The notes: generated by a model from the sequence alone, not told the origin. A stretch of 64,000 nucleotides of DNA from an uncultured delta proteobacterium (GCA_963843145.1 CAWJJC010000028.1:288001-352000); one strand, 5' to 3'. Shown: positions 51,199 to 61,838, counted from the first letter of the stretch. Numbers and translations: made by a program.

Positions 51199-51590
51199 GT
51201 ATGGTGTCCCCGGAATTCAAAGCGATAAGAGACTAGCCGCCGGGCCGAATGTCGAACCTGGGCAAATATGGAACCCTGAAGGCCGTTCAAACAGATGGCC
51301 TTTTCCTTTGGCGTGGATCGGCCAACGAAGGCAAAACAAGGGTAGGGAAGGAATTGTCCCAGTCTGCCGGATTCCTCCATCTCCACAAACCTCGGTGGCG
51401 ATGTACACCTACAAGTATTGGACTTTGGCTTGTCCTTTTATTAGCACTTACCCTTTGAAATGTTGCATAAAGAAGGCAGAGCCAAATGATCTTTTTTGGC
51501 CCTGCCTTTGCCGCCCATGTGTCAAAAATTTAACCGAAACCAACTGCCAGCAGGACATTTCCCTAGCCTTAAAAATTCCAGCATCTCGTT

Positions 51591-53306
51591 TTATCTTTTT
51601 CTAAATAATGAACCATCCCAAAAAGGTTGTATCTCTTTCTGCCGAGGTTCCGCTTTTAGAGCCGCCTCAATGTCTCCATTGGTTAATTCATGGTTGGACA
51701 TCGTTATTTTAATTTTCTCCAGATCAGCATCTAAAAGAATTGTTTTGGGTTGGTCTGGCGTATTTGACCAAGGACTCCACTGGGGCAGACCAGATTTATC
51801 CCTGTTCGGATCACCTGTGCGGGCGAATTGAGACCAGTATTCTATTATAGCATCGGATAAGGCAACACGCCCGGCACGATTTTTTTCTTTGAAAACTAGT
51901 GCCCCCAAGCCTACCTTTTCGGTTCCAAAAACAAAATCTATTTCCATCGTATGGCAGGCCCCAAAAAGGGTATTAAAAGGGGGATCAATAACATTGTTCT
52001 TAGCCCCCCCAGCTCCCCAAAGAAACTGATATGTAAAGATCTTAGGCTGGCCCGAATTCCCTGTCATTATTCTTGCGGGATTATCGACGGCCATAACTTT
52101 CCAACCGTCGCTCTGGTATTTGACTGCTAATTCAAAGAGTTCCATTTTAGCCGGATCTTTAAAGATGGTTTGATCTTTAATCCAAGAGGCAAAGGGAGGG
52201 AAAAAATTAAAAAAGAGTTTGACTTCCTCTTTATTGGTACCAAGAATCATAGGGACTTTATTGTAATTACCTGACTCCAGGGCGCCATAAAAATCTTTGG
52301 GCAGTACTTTCCCATCGCCAAATGATGTCGGGAATCTAATCATACCCACTATTTTACCTTCCGGATACAATTCCAGGAATTCCTGGGCCTTCTTTGATCT
52401 CAGATACGTTGCTACATCTTTTGTGGACATTGCTCCCAGCATTGCAGCCGCCGCCTTCTCATCTTCAGCCTTTCCGTCCTTAACCAGCAATTTAATTATT
52501 AAGTTATTCGCATTCTCCTCCCCGAGAGCTGGTTTGGATGGCCTAATGGACCCGCTTTCTGAAATCGCCCTATTAAACAGACCTTTGGCCATTGGGGAGG
52601 CCACCAGACAAAAGACATTTGCTCCCCCGGCCGATTCACCGGCAATTGTGATATTTTCAGGATCTCCGCCGAAGTTTTTAATATTTGCTTTCAGCCATTT
52701 TAAAGCTGCGATCAGGTCTAGAATAGCGAAGTTGCCTGAATCACCAACTTCATCGCCGGTTTTCAAGGCTGGCTGATTGAAAAATCCCATTGGCCCTAAA
52801 CGATAGTTTACGGTTACCACAACCATGTTACCCTTGTTGGCCAATATTGCTGCATCATGTTTGGACAGTAGAGGCCACTGAGTACTATTTCCGCCACCGT
52901 GAATCCAAAAAAACACCGGAAGATTGCCCGTTGTGTTCTTAGGCGACCAGAGGTTCAGGTAAAGACAATCTTCATTTCCTGAAATCACAAAAGGCGTTCC
53001 CGGATTGTCATCCGGTCTGTTGTATTGAGGGCATATTTCACAAAAGGTAGTCGCTTTATACACTGCCGAACGTTTTAGCGGAGGATTTGGCGCCTTCCAA
53101 CGCAGATCGCCAATAGGGGCTTGGGCATAAGGAATGGATTTCCAGGAAATGGTATGGGTATCGCTGTTTTCTTCACCGATGACTATGCCTTCCGTGGTTT
53201 GGCGTTCCACGGCTATTGTTGCCCCCGCCTGAAGGGCAGATCCAAGAACCAAGGTTGAGATTACTAAGATACCGAAAAGAACCCAGATTGACTTCTTTGC
53301 AGCCAT
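51591..53306 (-). CDS. Secreted type-B carboxylesterase
   Basis: EDCLYLN, WIHGGG and GESAG motifs; AT-richer than the backbone. Confidence 0.93.
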   Translation of the reverse strand: MAAKKSIWVLFGILVISTLVLGSALQAGATIAVERQTTEGIVIGEENSDTHTISWKSIPYAQAPIGDLRWKAPNPPLKRSAVYKATTFCEICPQYNRPDDNPGTPFVISGNEDCLYLNLWSPKNTTGNLPVFFWIHGGGNSTQWPLLSKHDAAILANKGNMVVVTVNYRLGPMGFFNQPALKTGDEVGDSGNFAILDLIAALKWLKANIKNFGGDPENITIAGESAGGANVFCLVASPMAKGLFNRAISESGSIRPSKPALGEENANNLIIKLLVKDGKAEDEKAAAAMLGAMSTKDVATYLRSKKAQEFLELYPEGKIVGMIRFPTSFGDGKVLPKDFYGALESGNYNKVPMILGTNKEEVKLFFNFFPPFASWIKDQTIFKDPAKMELFELAVKYQSDGWKVMAVDNPARIMTGNSGQPKIFTYQFLWGAGGAKNNVIDPPFNTLFGACHTMEIDFVFGTEKVGLGALVFKEKNRAGRVALSDAIIEYWSQFARTGDPNRDKSGLPQWSPWSNTPDQPKTILLDADLEKIKITMSNHELTNGDIEAALKAEPRQKEIQPFWDGSLFRKR

Positions 53307-53424
53307 GATCGTTTCCTCCTTTCAATGAAGAATTATTGCTTTCGTGGGAAGCTACAACCCCTCACAAGAATAAGGTGCTATAGATCCCATGACTAATACC
53401 ACACGCGAATTTCAACAGACGCGA

Positions 53425-54141
53425 TTAGTGGACTGGAGTCGCCAACACCGTCGCAGTGCCATGCGGCATTGTGAACGTGCAGGGGCTAGTCCCGATGCAG
53501 TCTCCGGAAAAGATCGCCGGATTATTATTCTGCGGATCAATTCCATATAGTGTCACTTGCAGTCCCTCGGGGAACACGGCGGTACACGTGCCTGTCACGC
53601 TCCTATCCGCGTTACGTTGGCAGGATATTATGCCGAGCGGATTGCTGTCCACCCGAACTGGCTCGTCGCCGTAACACGTCTGGTAGCACGTTTCCCAGCA
53701 CGTATTAAATAAGCCGCAGGGATGTGGATTGCAGCTATAGGGATTGCAGCTATACGGGCTGCCGGACACTAGGTCCAGGTTGAGAACGAGTGTGCGGGCG
53801 ATCCAGACGCATCTGGTGGTCGCCAGCAAGGTCTGCGTATCGTAACTGACCTCAATCATGCCCTCGTAAGGCGACCCTACGTTGCAGGGGAGACCGTCCA
53901 GATCATCGAACGAAGTGAGGCGGGAGTTGGTGCCTGCTGGCCCTGCCGGTCCGACTGGACCCATTGCTCCGGTTGGTCCCGGAGGACCGGGCTTTAGTTG
54001 AATATTGTTGATCTGGCTTTGTAAATTAGTCTGGATGGCCTCGACTTCCGTCTTGAGAGCGGGTAATCCCCCCGCATCAGCAAAAACAATTACTGGAATA
54101 CAGAGTAGAAAGACTGTCAATACGATTATTATATTCTTCAT
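53425..54141 (-). CDS. Secreted protein with short collagen-like stretch and Cys-rich insert
   Basis: Signal peptide; GPPGPTGAMGPVGPAGPAG; YSCNPYSCNPHPCG...CWETCYQTC. Confidence 0.8.
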   Translation of the reverse strand: MKNIIIVLTVFLLCIPVIVFADAGGLPALKTEVEAIQTNLQSQINNIQLKPGPPGPTGAMGPVGPAGPAGTNSRLTSFDDLDGLPCNVGSPYEGMIEVSYDTQTLLATTRCVWIARTLVLNLDLVSGSPYSCNPYSCNPHPCGLFNTCWETCYQTCYGDEPVRVDSNPLGIISCQRNADRSVTGTCTAVFPEGLQVTLYGIDPQNNNPAIFSGDCIGTSPCTFTMPHGTATVLATPVH

Positions 54142-54465
54142 GGTAATCTCCTTCTCCTATTGATTGATGTAAAATTATATGGGTACTAATCGAGAACAGG
54201 CCATTTTGAAGAATGAAATAAAAAGCCTCCACATGGTTTGATCCCTTATGGAGGCTTCGTATTGGATATTTCAGAATCTCCCACTTCATGTCCCGCTCCA
54301 AGGCTAAAAAGACGATAGCGAAGTTTCCTACACCTGCAGTTCAGGTTTCTGGACAAGAGCGGGAGGAGCCTTGCGGCTCCCCCCAGCTTTGAAAGTACGT
54401 GTGACGATGAATCAGGTGGTTGTATAGTGGCATAACACCTCATAATAGGAAGCTAATGCGGTGCG

Positions 54466-55086
54466 TCACTTTAGTCGCAACAAAACAAACGACCCATTGC
54501 AGATAACCTGTGCCCCCGTTGTGGAGATTTCACTCGTCTGCGAATCCAGGGGGTATAGTATCAGGGGCGCCCCCCAGGTAACGAATATTTGGTTTCCATC
54601 TGGCGAGATGACTCCCCCCCACGAATCTTTAACGCCCAGGTATGCAGAGTTTCCGGCCTGCGCGCCGGTCAGCCATTCCCCGATATACGACCCTTTGACC
54701 AGCGTGAACGTGATCAACCCACTGTGATTCACAGTATAATTAAAATCCCAATGTATGCTAAGTGACCCGCCGCCACCTGTGGGGCCACCAATGTCGTGGG
54801 CTATGACGTCCATTGCTCCCGTGCCATTGTGCTTGAACGTGTAAACACCTTCCCAAGTTTGCGCAGATTGAAAAGATAGAGGAACGTCAGGAATTTGTTT
54901 CGGTTGCAGACTGGAGTCGAACCCCCCAGGTGCTATTAGACATGCGTTCGAACCAGTAACGGCATATTTCCCTTGAATGGTGTTTAACCATCTGCTGATT
55001 TCGGCCGATGCCGTCGCCGCTGCTGCAAATAACGCTATTGCGGTGATCATTACAAAAACGCCCAACTTCATCATTCCTGTTTTCAT
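54466..55086 (-). CDS. Secreted hypothetical protein
   Basis: Signal peptide, AGGAGG RBS, beta-rich with two Cys. Confidence 0.8.
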   Translation of the reverse strand: MKTGMMKLGVFVMITAIALFAAAATASAEISRWLNTIQGKYAVTGSNACLIAPGGFDSSLQPKQIPDVPLSFQSAQTWEGVYTFKHNGTGAMDVIAHDIGGPTGGGGSLSIHWDFNYTVNHSGLITFTLVKGSYIGEWLTGAQAGNSAYLGVKDSWGGVISPDGNQIFVTWGAPLILYPLDSQTSEISTTGAQVICNGSFVLLRLK

Positions 55087-55220
55087 TTGAACCTCCTTTT
55101 AAACGCTCATTGTCTTTTTAATGTTTATTCGCCTATTTGAATCATAATCTTCCTCTATCTCGATTCGATTAGTTCTGAAGACATCCCCCCTTTCAACGTA
55201 CTTTTTCATGGTCTGCCTCC

Positions 55221-55460
55221 TTAGATTCGTTTTTTGGTGGTGCCTCCGGGTGGACTTTCACCCGGCATTGCCTCTTTACTGCTTATCCCCTTTTTCTTCC
55301 CGCTCCGAGGGTTCACTATGGTCCACAATTCTTCCAGGTTCCTGAAACTCTTGATCTTTTTTTTGCCTACCTCCTCGGCCTCGCCGTAAAGATGGTCCGG
55401 TCTGTTCGGCGTTGCCCGGTAGACGCGGACGACGAAACTGCGAACCACCGGCTTTCTCAT
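55221..55460 (-). CDS. Small hypothetical protein downstream of the BTAD regulator
   Basis: SFVVRVYR...LYGEAEEVG...SFRNLEELWTIV; start uncertain. Confidence 0.7.
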   Translation of the reverse strand: MRKPVVRSFVVRVYRATPNRPDHLYGEAEEVGKKKIKSFRNLEELWTIVNPRSGKKKGISSKEAMPGESPPGGTTKKRI

Positions 55461-55496
55461 AGCTCTGAGTATCATGGAGCCTAAATAACCCGGACC

Positions 55497-55515
55497 CTGT
55501 GACAAAACTGTGACA
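55497..55515 (-). promoter_or_regulatory. Direct-repeat operator with 11-bp period (OmpR/SARP/Pho-box-like)
   Basis: CTGTGACA-aaa-CTGTGACA; TAGGCT -10-like hexamer just downstream on the minus strand. Confidence 0.6.
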
Positions 55516-55557
55516 CGAAAGAAAAATATTTCGGGGATTTTTCCGTGAAGGGAGTTT

Positions 55558-58500
55558 TTAGAAGGTTTTTGCCCTCACCTGGCGGTATAGGGCTTCGGTC
55601 CCGGCAGAGGGTTCGACGTCCAGGTGGGCTTTTAGGGTGTTGCGGAGGCGGGTATAGGCCGATATGGCTGCCGCCCTATCTCCAAGGCGGCTGTAGCAGA
55701 TCATCAGTTTCTGGTAAAGTTGTTCGGCAAGGTCGTCCACGTCGAGGGCAGCCCGGTAACTGGCGCAGGCCTCATCCCAGCGGCCCTTTTCCTCAAGTTC
55801 ACCCCCGAGCGCGAGCATGAGGCGGAGGAATCTGTCTCTCAGCCGTGCCCTAGGAGAGAGCACCCAGTGCTCTTCTTCCAGGGGGAGGAAGTCGCCTCGG
55901 TAGAGTTCCATAGCCTGTCTGGCCAGGGACGCCCCATCTTCTTTCCCAAGCTCTGCCTGGGCAAAAACCCGTCCAAAGGCCGCCGTATCCACCCAGACCC
56001 GAAGTGGGTCGAGACTCACCTGGCCTTCGTGAACCAGGAGTGCTTTGTCGCTGCCGAGTAAGCGTCTCAGCCGGGACAGGGTAGTCCTGAAGGAGGTATA
56101 GGCGGCATCGCCCTCCGCATCAGGCCAGAGCAGCTCGCTCAAGGTCTCATCCGTTACCCCCTGGCCTCCCAAGGCAATAAGGGCCTTGAGGAGCAGAAGG
56201 GGCTTCTTCTGGAGCCGCGTCGTGTCGATGGGTGTATCCTCGACGAGGATCTCGAATCTCCCGAGGGTGAAGACTCTGATCGGCCACGGCCAGTGTGGAA
56301 TGTCCAGGGGCGGTGTGTAGGGGAAGAGCTCACGCTGCCGGATGAGGTCACGGGTGTACTCCACCTCTATCCCCGCTTTTAGCGCGATGCTGCACAAACG
56401 GGCCATGAGGGAGGGTATCCAGCAATAAAGCGGAGTTCTATAGCCCTCCTCCCGTCCTATCCGGAAGGCACGCCTGAGGGTATCGCGCGCATCGGGCGTC
56501 CCTTCATCCAAGGCCAGGGAGGCCTCAGCTATCAGGGCGGTATACTCCATGATACGACTCGGGGTTTGCGGCAAGCGCCGAAAGGCAGCTACGTGTTCCC
56601 TCGCCTCGTCTCGCCGACCTGCGGCAGCGAGCACCAGGGCGGAACCACAGTAGCCCAGGGCCGCAACAAAAATACCGAACTCATCGGGAGGGAAGCTCAA
56701 AAGCTGTTGGGCGTGGGCAACCGCACGGTGCGTATCCCCGGATCTTAAATGGTAGAGGGCGGAAACCATGTGATAGCGTTGGACGAAAAGTTTAGGAGCC
56801 CGGCCGAGCATAGACTCCATTTGTACCAGAAAATCAGAGGCCTTCCGAAAATCACCTCGGTCGAGGGCCACGTGGCATCCTTCGGCCAGGAGCATCGGTA
56901 CCCATACGATGGCTCCGTTCTCTGCCGACATTTGGAGACCTTCTTCAAGGAGAGGTAACGGAGATTGATCAAATGGTCCCATCTGGTTCAGCGCCTGGGC
57001 TTTGATCAAACGCCTGCATATCGCCTGTAAGGGGTCCTGTGAGTTTGCGGTCTTCTCCAGTTCCGCTACCACTATTGCCCAACGCCCGTAGTCTCCCAGC
57101 CACATATAGCAAGTCGCGGCCCAGTGCGATATCTCAAGGCGGAGGGAAGTGCCAGCTACGGAGCGCGAGAGCATGAAGGCCCTGTCGATCGATGCCTTGA
57201 ATTCGGGGTGATAGGGCCGCGTCAAAAGGGCCACCATCCTGCTGCCGGCTACCGTGGCCTCGATTTCAGAGGAGGGGAAGGTCCCTCCTTTTGCGGTAAA
57301 CGCGTCGAGCCATTCGATCAGCGGATCGAGAAGTAGAACCTGCTCATCCCTGTACGCGGTCGACATAAGTCCATAGAAGATCGACATGACCGCCCCGGAC
57401 CAGCCAAGAAGGGCGCCGGTAACATCACCGGCCTCGTTGCACTGCGTGAAGCTCCGCTCAAAAAGGAGGCAGGCTCCTTGAGGGTCGTAGGGCTGCCTGC
57501 AGACAGCAAGCCAGTAGAGAAGCCGGGGAGACTCGGAGCGGATCTCTTCGGGTAGAGATCCTATCCACCCCTCGAGGGTCTGGCTTCTGCCCTCAGCGAC
57601 CAAGCCGGGGGCCGCGGCAAGGAGAGCTGGGACCGAACTGTCCCAGTCCTGCGCCGCCATCAGGAGGGTTATCCCTTCCTCCGTGCGGCCCGAGTCTAAA
57701 AAGAGCTTCCCGGCCCGGCACCGGACCTCCCGCATTCTTTCGGGCGTCAGGGAGCTCTCCGCTTCAGAGAGAAGGAAGTCCCTGAAGAGCGGGTGGTAAC
57801 GATATTCATCCTGGTAGAGCTCGGTGAAGTAGTTGTTCCGGTTCAGGTAGGCAAGCAGCTCCCCGCTCTTCTCGAATTGGGTGAGTTGAGAGGCGATCCC
57901 GGCCGAAACGGAGGGAAGCAGCGCCGTAATGGTGAGGAAATCCTTTGTGAGCTGTTCGAGGCCGTCGAAAATCTCGGTCTTGAAGTAATCGAAGACCGAG
58001 CTGTCGCCAATGCGGTGTACCTCAGTGGACCAGACCGGGTCGGACATGAGGATGACTGCCGCCGCCCACCCCTGAGTCCGTTCATGGATATCCCGCACCG
58101 TCTCCTCGGATAAGGGCGTCTTCCTATGCTGCTCGAGCATTTCCCGTACCTCGCCTCGGGTGAGACGGACATCCTCCCAACTTAGGGAGGCAAAACCGTT
58201 GTTCGCCCGCAGGGAGACAAAAGAAGGGGGAGACTCCTTTCTGCTCACCACGAAAACGCGGATGCCCTCGGGCACGACCTTGAGCCCGTTGCGCATCACT
58301 TCGTGGAACAGGGAAGTCTCCGGAACATCCTGGTAGTTGTCGAAGACAATCATTCCGGGAGTTGCCATCCTTTCGAAGAGGGACTCGAAGTAGCGGCGCG
58401 TGAAGGCAGAAATACCGGGACGGTACTCCGGGGTGAAGAGGGGAAGAGGTCTTGCCCGTCCTTTCTTGAGCTGCCTGGCCGCGAGGCGAAGATAGGCAAA

Positions 58501-58782
58501 GAGGGTCGCCACATCCCCGTCGGTCTCGTCCACCCGGTACCAGAGCGTAGGAATTGCTCGTGCCCGGGCGTAGCTGGCCACGAGGGTTGTTTTTCCTGAC
58601 CCGGCCGGTGACGAGACCCAGGTGACTGGATAATCCTGTAGAGTATCCAGGAGACGGAAGAGTCGTTCCCTCAGGACAACCCCGTGTAGCCGAGGCGGTA
58701 CTATCTTGGTTGGATAGGTCGTCCTCGGTCCGGCCAATGCTTGTACTGGAGACTTCGTATCAGAAACCTTTGAAAATCCCAC
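55558..58782 (-). CDS. MalT-like STAND ATPase with TPR region and C-terminal wHTH/BTAD domains
   Basis: SPAGSGKTT, TQGWAA, YRYHPLFRDFL, LWPDAEGD, LSRLRRLL, LYRGDFL and EQLYQKLM motifs. Confidence 0.9.
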   Translation of the reverse strand: MGFSKVSDTKSPVQALAGPRTTYPTKIVPPRLHGVVLRERLFRLLDTLQDYPVTWVSSPAGSGKTTLVASYARARAIPTLWYRVDETDGDVATLFAYLRLAARQLKKGRARPLPLFTPEYRPGISAFTRRYFESLFERMATPGMIVFDNYQDVPETSLFHEVMRNGLKVVPEGIRVFVVSRKESPPSFVSLRANNGFASLSWEDVRLTRGEVREMLEQHRKTPLSEETVRDIHERTQGWAAAVILMSDPVWSTEVHRIGDSSVFDYFKTEIFDGLEQLTKDFLTITALLPSVSAGIASQLTQFEKSGELLAYLNRNNYFTELYQDEYRYHPLFRDFLLSEAESSLTPERMREVRCRAGKLFLDSGRTEEGITLLMAAQDWDSSVPALLAAAPGLVAEGRSQTLEGWIGSLPEEIRSESPRLLYWLAVCRQPYDPQGACLLFERSFTQCNEAGDVTGALLGWSGAVMSIFYGLMSTAYRDEQVLLLDPLIEWLDAFTAKGGTFPSSEIEATVAGSRMVALLTRPYHPEFKASIDRAFMLSRSVAGTSLRLEISHWAATCYMWLGDYGRWAIVVAELEKTANSQDPLQAICRRLIKAQALNQMGPFDQSPLPLLEEGLQMSAENGAIVWVPMLLAEGCHVALDRGDFRKASDFLVQMESMLGRAPKLFVQRYHMVSALYHLRSGDTHRAVAHAQQLLSFPPDEFGIFVAALGYCGSALVLAAAGRRDEAREHVAAFRRLPQTPSRIMEYTALIAEASLALDEGTPDARDTLRRAFRIGREEGYRTPLYCWIPSLMARLCSIALKAGIEVEYTRDLIRQRELFPYTPPLDIPHWPWPIRVFTLGRFEILVEDTPIDTTRLQKKPLLLLKALIALGGQGVTDETLSELLWPDAEGDAAYTSFRTTLSRLRRLLGSDKALLVHEGQVSLDPLRVWVDTAAFGRVFAQAELGKEDGASLARQAMELYRGDFLPLEEEHWVLSPRARLRDRFLRLMLALGGELEEKGRWDEACASYRAALDVDDLAEQLYQKLMICYSRLGDRAAAISAYTRLRNTLKAHLDVEPSAGTEALYRQVRAKTF

Positions 58783-58851
58783 TTCATATCTCGTTCAAAA
58801 AGGTTTAGAGAAATAACGAATTAACCTAATCAGGAAAGATAAAAGAGGGGG

Positions 58852-59148
58852 CTAACAACGAATAGGGCAGTTTGGTTGGCGAGGGAGATTGATAAAACAA
58901 GGGAGGCCCTGCAGGAATGAATTACACATTGACAATAAGGGGTGTTCAAAATAAGGAATGGATAAATTGATTTTGGTTTTCTCAGTGAAGGTTGAAGTGG
59001 CCAGGTCTTGATTTTCATAACAGAGATTAGGGGAGAAGGTATCAACCTCGCTCATTTCATAGTAGCTCGCAAAAACGAGGCCCACTAAAAAGCAGATTGA
59101 TAAAAAGGAAACTGAAATAATCGGCCTTTGGCAAATCTTCTTTCCCAT
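58852..59148 (-). CDS. Small hypothetical protein
   Basis: 98-aa ORF with N-terminal hydrophobic segment, ends PIRC. Confidence 0.5.
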   Translation of the reverse strand: MGKKICQRPIISVSFLSICFLVGLVFASYYEMSEVDTFSPNLCYENQDLATSTFTEKTKINLSIPYFEHPLLSMCNSFLQGLPCFINLPRQPNCPIRC

Positions 59149-59645
59149 TTCCAGCCCTTAAACTCATCTATACCATTATGACCAAGAGCTCCTATTCTTT
59201 CCTGATGAATTATGAAGGTCCAAAATTAAGAAAGCCTCCAGAGGAGAATACTTTCCCCGAGAGGCTTCATATCGTAAATTTCTGAAAATCCCACTTCATT
59301 TCCCACTCCCTAAAGGATGGGGTTAAGTTAGGATATTTACTCAAAAATTTTTTGTAATTTATTGTAGCAGTTAATGCCTAACAACTTTTAGAAAAAATGT
59401 CAATAAAATTATGATTTAAAACTTTCAGGGGATAACCCAGAAGGTAGCTGCCGTGGTTTTAAATCTTCCACTATTAAGTTAAGGAATAGCGTTCGAAATC
59501 TGGCAGTTTTGGCAAATCTTCAAAAAGTGGATTACAGGAAGAAGCCCGTTGCAGGGTTTACATTGCCCTACCCAACCCTTTATATTTTTATATTCGGTGT
59601 TCGGCAGGTCCTACCGGATTTTATTTTCTGGTCATGTGGTTCGGA

Positions 59646-61076
59646 TTAACCGCTCTTTTTCTCTCCCTTTTTCCATTCCGGGAAAACAATTTTCTCTCCG
59701 ATCCGGATTCTGTTGATATCCTTAATTCCAGGATTGTATTTCCGGACATAATCCCGCAACACTTGACTGGAAAAACCGTAGACCTTCAGCACCATCCGGA
59801 AAAAATTATCGCCCTTTTTGACCACTAGGGTGCCCCGGACGGGTGGCTTTTTCAAAACAAATAGTGGCTTCCCTTCATTATTCGAGCCCGGCTTCAAGGG
59901 CTTCGACTTTTTCTTAATAACTTGGAGATTCCCCTCTAATCGGTGGGAAGGTTTCAGTATTTCTGTTTCGGAGACGATCGGGGAGGTTGACGGGGCCTCC
60001 TCTTTTACCGAACCCTTTGAAGCCGATGGAACGGAGGGTCGTACAGACTCCTTTTCTTTAGACGAATCGATCATGGGGACCGAAGGAACAGATTTTCCCT
60101 CAGTGGCCTTACCGGGTGCTATCCGCCCGGATTGTCCTTGATTTATTGATGGAAGCCGGAAATCCCACATACGGGACAAATCCAGAGACCGGTCTAGGGC
60201 CATCCATCCCAGCAAGATCAATAAGACAATTACGGAGGATAAGGCCCAAGGAAAATTATTTATCCTTTTAGTGGCCAGCGGGCCGTCAATAACCTCTTTA
60301 ACGATTTTCCCTGAAATGGGTTTTTGGGCCCGTTCATACCCTCTGATCAGCACTTTGTTGCTGAGGATGTTAATTTTCCCCGGCCTCCCCCCGGCCTGGC
60401 GAATGATCTTATCCAGGGCACCCCGGGTGAATATGGCCTTGACCCGCCCGCCGGCCTTTTCTATCCGTGATGTGATATACTCCCGGCTCTCCTTGGGGGT
60501 TAAAGGAAGGAGGAGGATCCTCACACCGATCCGCTGTTTAAGCTGCCTTAAATCATGATGGCCCAGTGTCTCCCAAAACTCCGGCTGCCCGATAAAGACG
60601 ATCTGGATGGGGTTTTCGGAGGGGACCTTTTGGTTGGAAACCATCCGCAGGCTTTCCAGGGTCTCCTCGGGCATGTCGTGGGCTTCATCAATCAATAATA
60701 CCACGTTGGTGCCGGCTTCATAAGCCCTGCGCAAGCCCTGGATCAATTGATATGAAAGGCCCGGCTGTCCTTCACTTTCTCCCGGCAGGCCGAGTTCGCG
60801 GCAGAGAAATCGAAGGAGTTCCTCAAAGGAAATATTGCTGTTAAGCAACGGGATTGTCTTGAGGTTGCCCTGGCTCGCCTCTCGGAGGAACGCCTGGATC
60901 AGGGTGGTCTTTCCCAAGCCGAATTCCCCCAGGACCGTCATATAACCCTTCCGCTGGGAGACCGTATCGGTCAAGAGTTCCAAGGCCTTCTTCTGGCTGG
61001 AACTTAAAAAGAAAAATTTTGAATCTGAGGAAAGCGGAAAGGGCTTTTCTCTAAGCTGATAGAAATCAAGGTACAT
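59646..61076 (-). CDS. ExeA-like AAA ATPase with TM segment and C-terminal LysM-like domain
   Basis: MYLDFYQLREKPF, GEFGLGKTT, LIDEAH, IGQPE and LRQLKQRI motifs; VKKGDNF...NPGIKDINRIRIGEKIVFP. Confidence 0.88.
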   Translation of the reverse strand: MYLDFYQLREKPFPLSSDSKFFFLSSSQKKALELLTDTVSQRKGYMTVLGEFGLGKTTLIQAFLREASQGNLKTIPLLNSNISFEELLRFLCRELGLPGESEGQPGLSYQLIQGLRRAYEAGTNVVLLIDEAHDMPEETLESLRMVSNQKVPSENPIQIVFIGQPEFWETLGHHDLRQLKQRIGVRILLLPLTPKESREYITSRIEKAGGRVKAIFTRGALDKIIRQAGGRPGKINILSNKVLIRGYERAQKPISGKIVKEVIDGPLATKRINNFPWALSSVIVLLILLGWMALDRSLDLSRMWDFRLPSINQGQSGRIAPGKATEGKSVPSVPMIDSSKEKESVRPSVPSASKGSVKEEAPSTSPIVSETEILKPSHRLEGNLQVIKKKSKPLKPGSNNEGKPLFVLKKPPVRGTLVVKKGDNFFRMVLKVYGFSSQVLRDYVRKYNPGIKDINRIRIGEKIVFPEWKKGEKKSG

Positions 61077-61257
61077 GCGTCAGCGATTATTTTTCTTCCC
61101 CCGGATTGGCGGCAGGGCAGTCAACCCCGGTCACAGTCAGTCCAGGAAGGCCGGGCCTTGACTTCAGACCCCAGAGCGAAGCCGGCAAGGCCCGAAGGAG
61201 ATCCTCGTCGTTTTCTGAGCCTGTCTGTCCGTCTCTCCGAAAGCCGTTTACCCGGTT

Positions 61258-61625
61258 CTAAATTTCCTTAAGGGCCATGGCCGTATTTTTTGTATTCTGG
61301 AGAATGGCCGCATCCAAAAGCTTATCTTTATCCTTTACCGTTCTTAGCCGGTGCGATTCTTTTTACAATAGCCCCAATATTACCTTCCGGTTTTCCGCCG
61401 TCAACGGTCGCTTTTACCGCCCCGCAGGATTGATGTCCCAATATCAGGACCAAAGGAACACCAAGATGTTCCACGGCATACTCGACGCTTCCAAGCTCGA
61501 TGGGATCGGCAATATTGCCGGCTACCTGGATCACAAAAATATCGCCCAGTCCCTGGTCAAAAACGTGCTCCGGTGGAACCCGGGAATCGGAACAGCTTAA
61601 GACTACCGCAAAAGGATGAACAGAA
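61258..61625 (-). pseudogene. Beta-carbonic anhydrase fragment
   Basis: [17 protein letters not shown]...AGN...GHQSCGAV; N-terminus missing, frameshift and early stop at the C-terminus. Confidence 0.8.
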
Positions 61626-61838
61626 TTATAAACCATTTTGAAAATAGTAAATAGGGTGAATCTGACCCTAGGGGCAATGGTTCGGAGGGAGGAAAGTAAC
61701 AATTTTCATTTGAAATGTTCCCAATTAGCCCATTCTTAAGAAACAACAGTTCAGGAAGCTATACGTACTAAAATCTGATTTTCTTATTGAAGTTAATAGG
61801 TTACATGTTGTTCAAAATCTCATAGTTTGGTTATTTCG

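Noticed and set aside
61328-61758. Carbonic anhydrase directly interrupted by the recombinase element
   Set aside because: Homology stops ~130 bp before the element end and does not visibly resume beyond 63874
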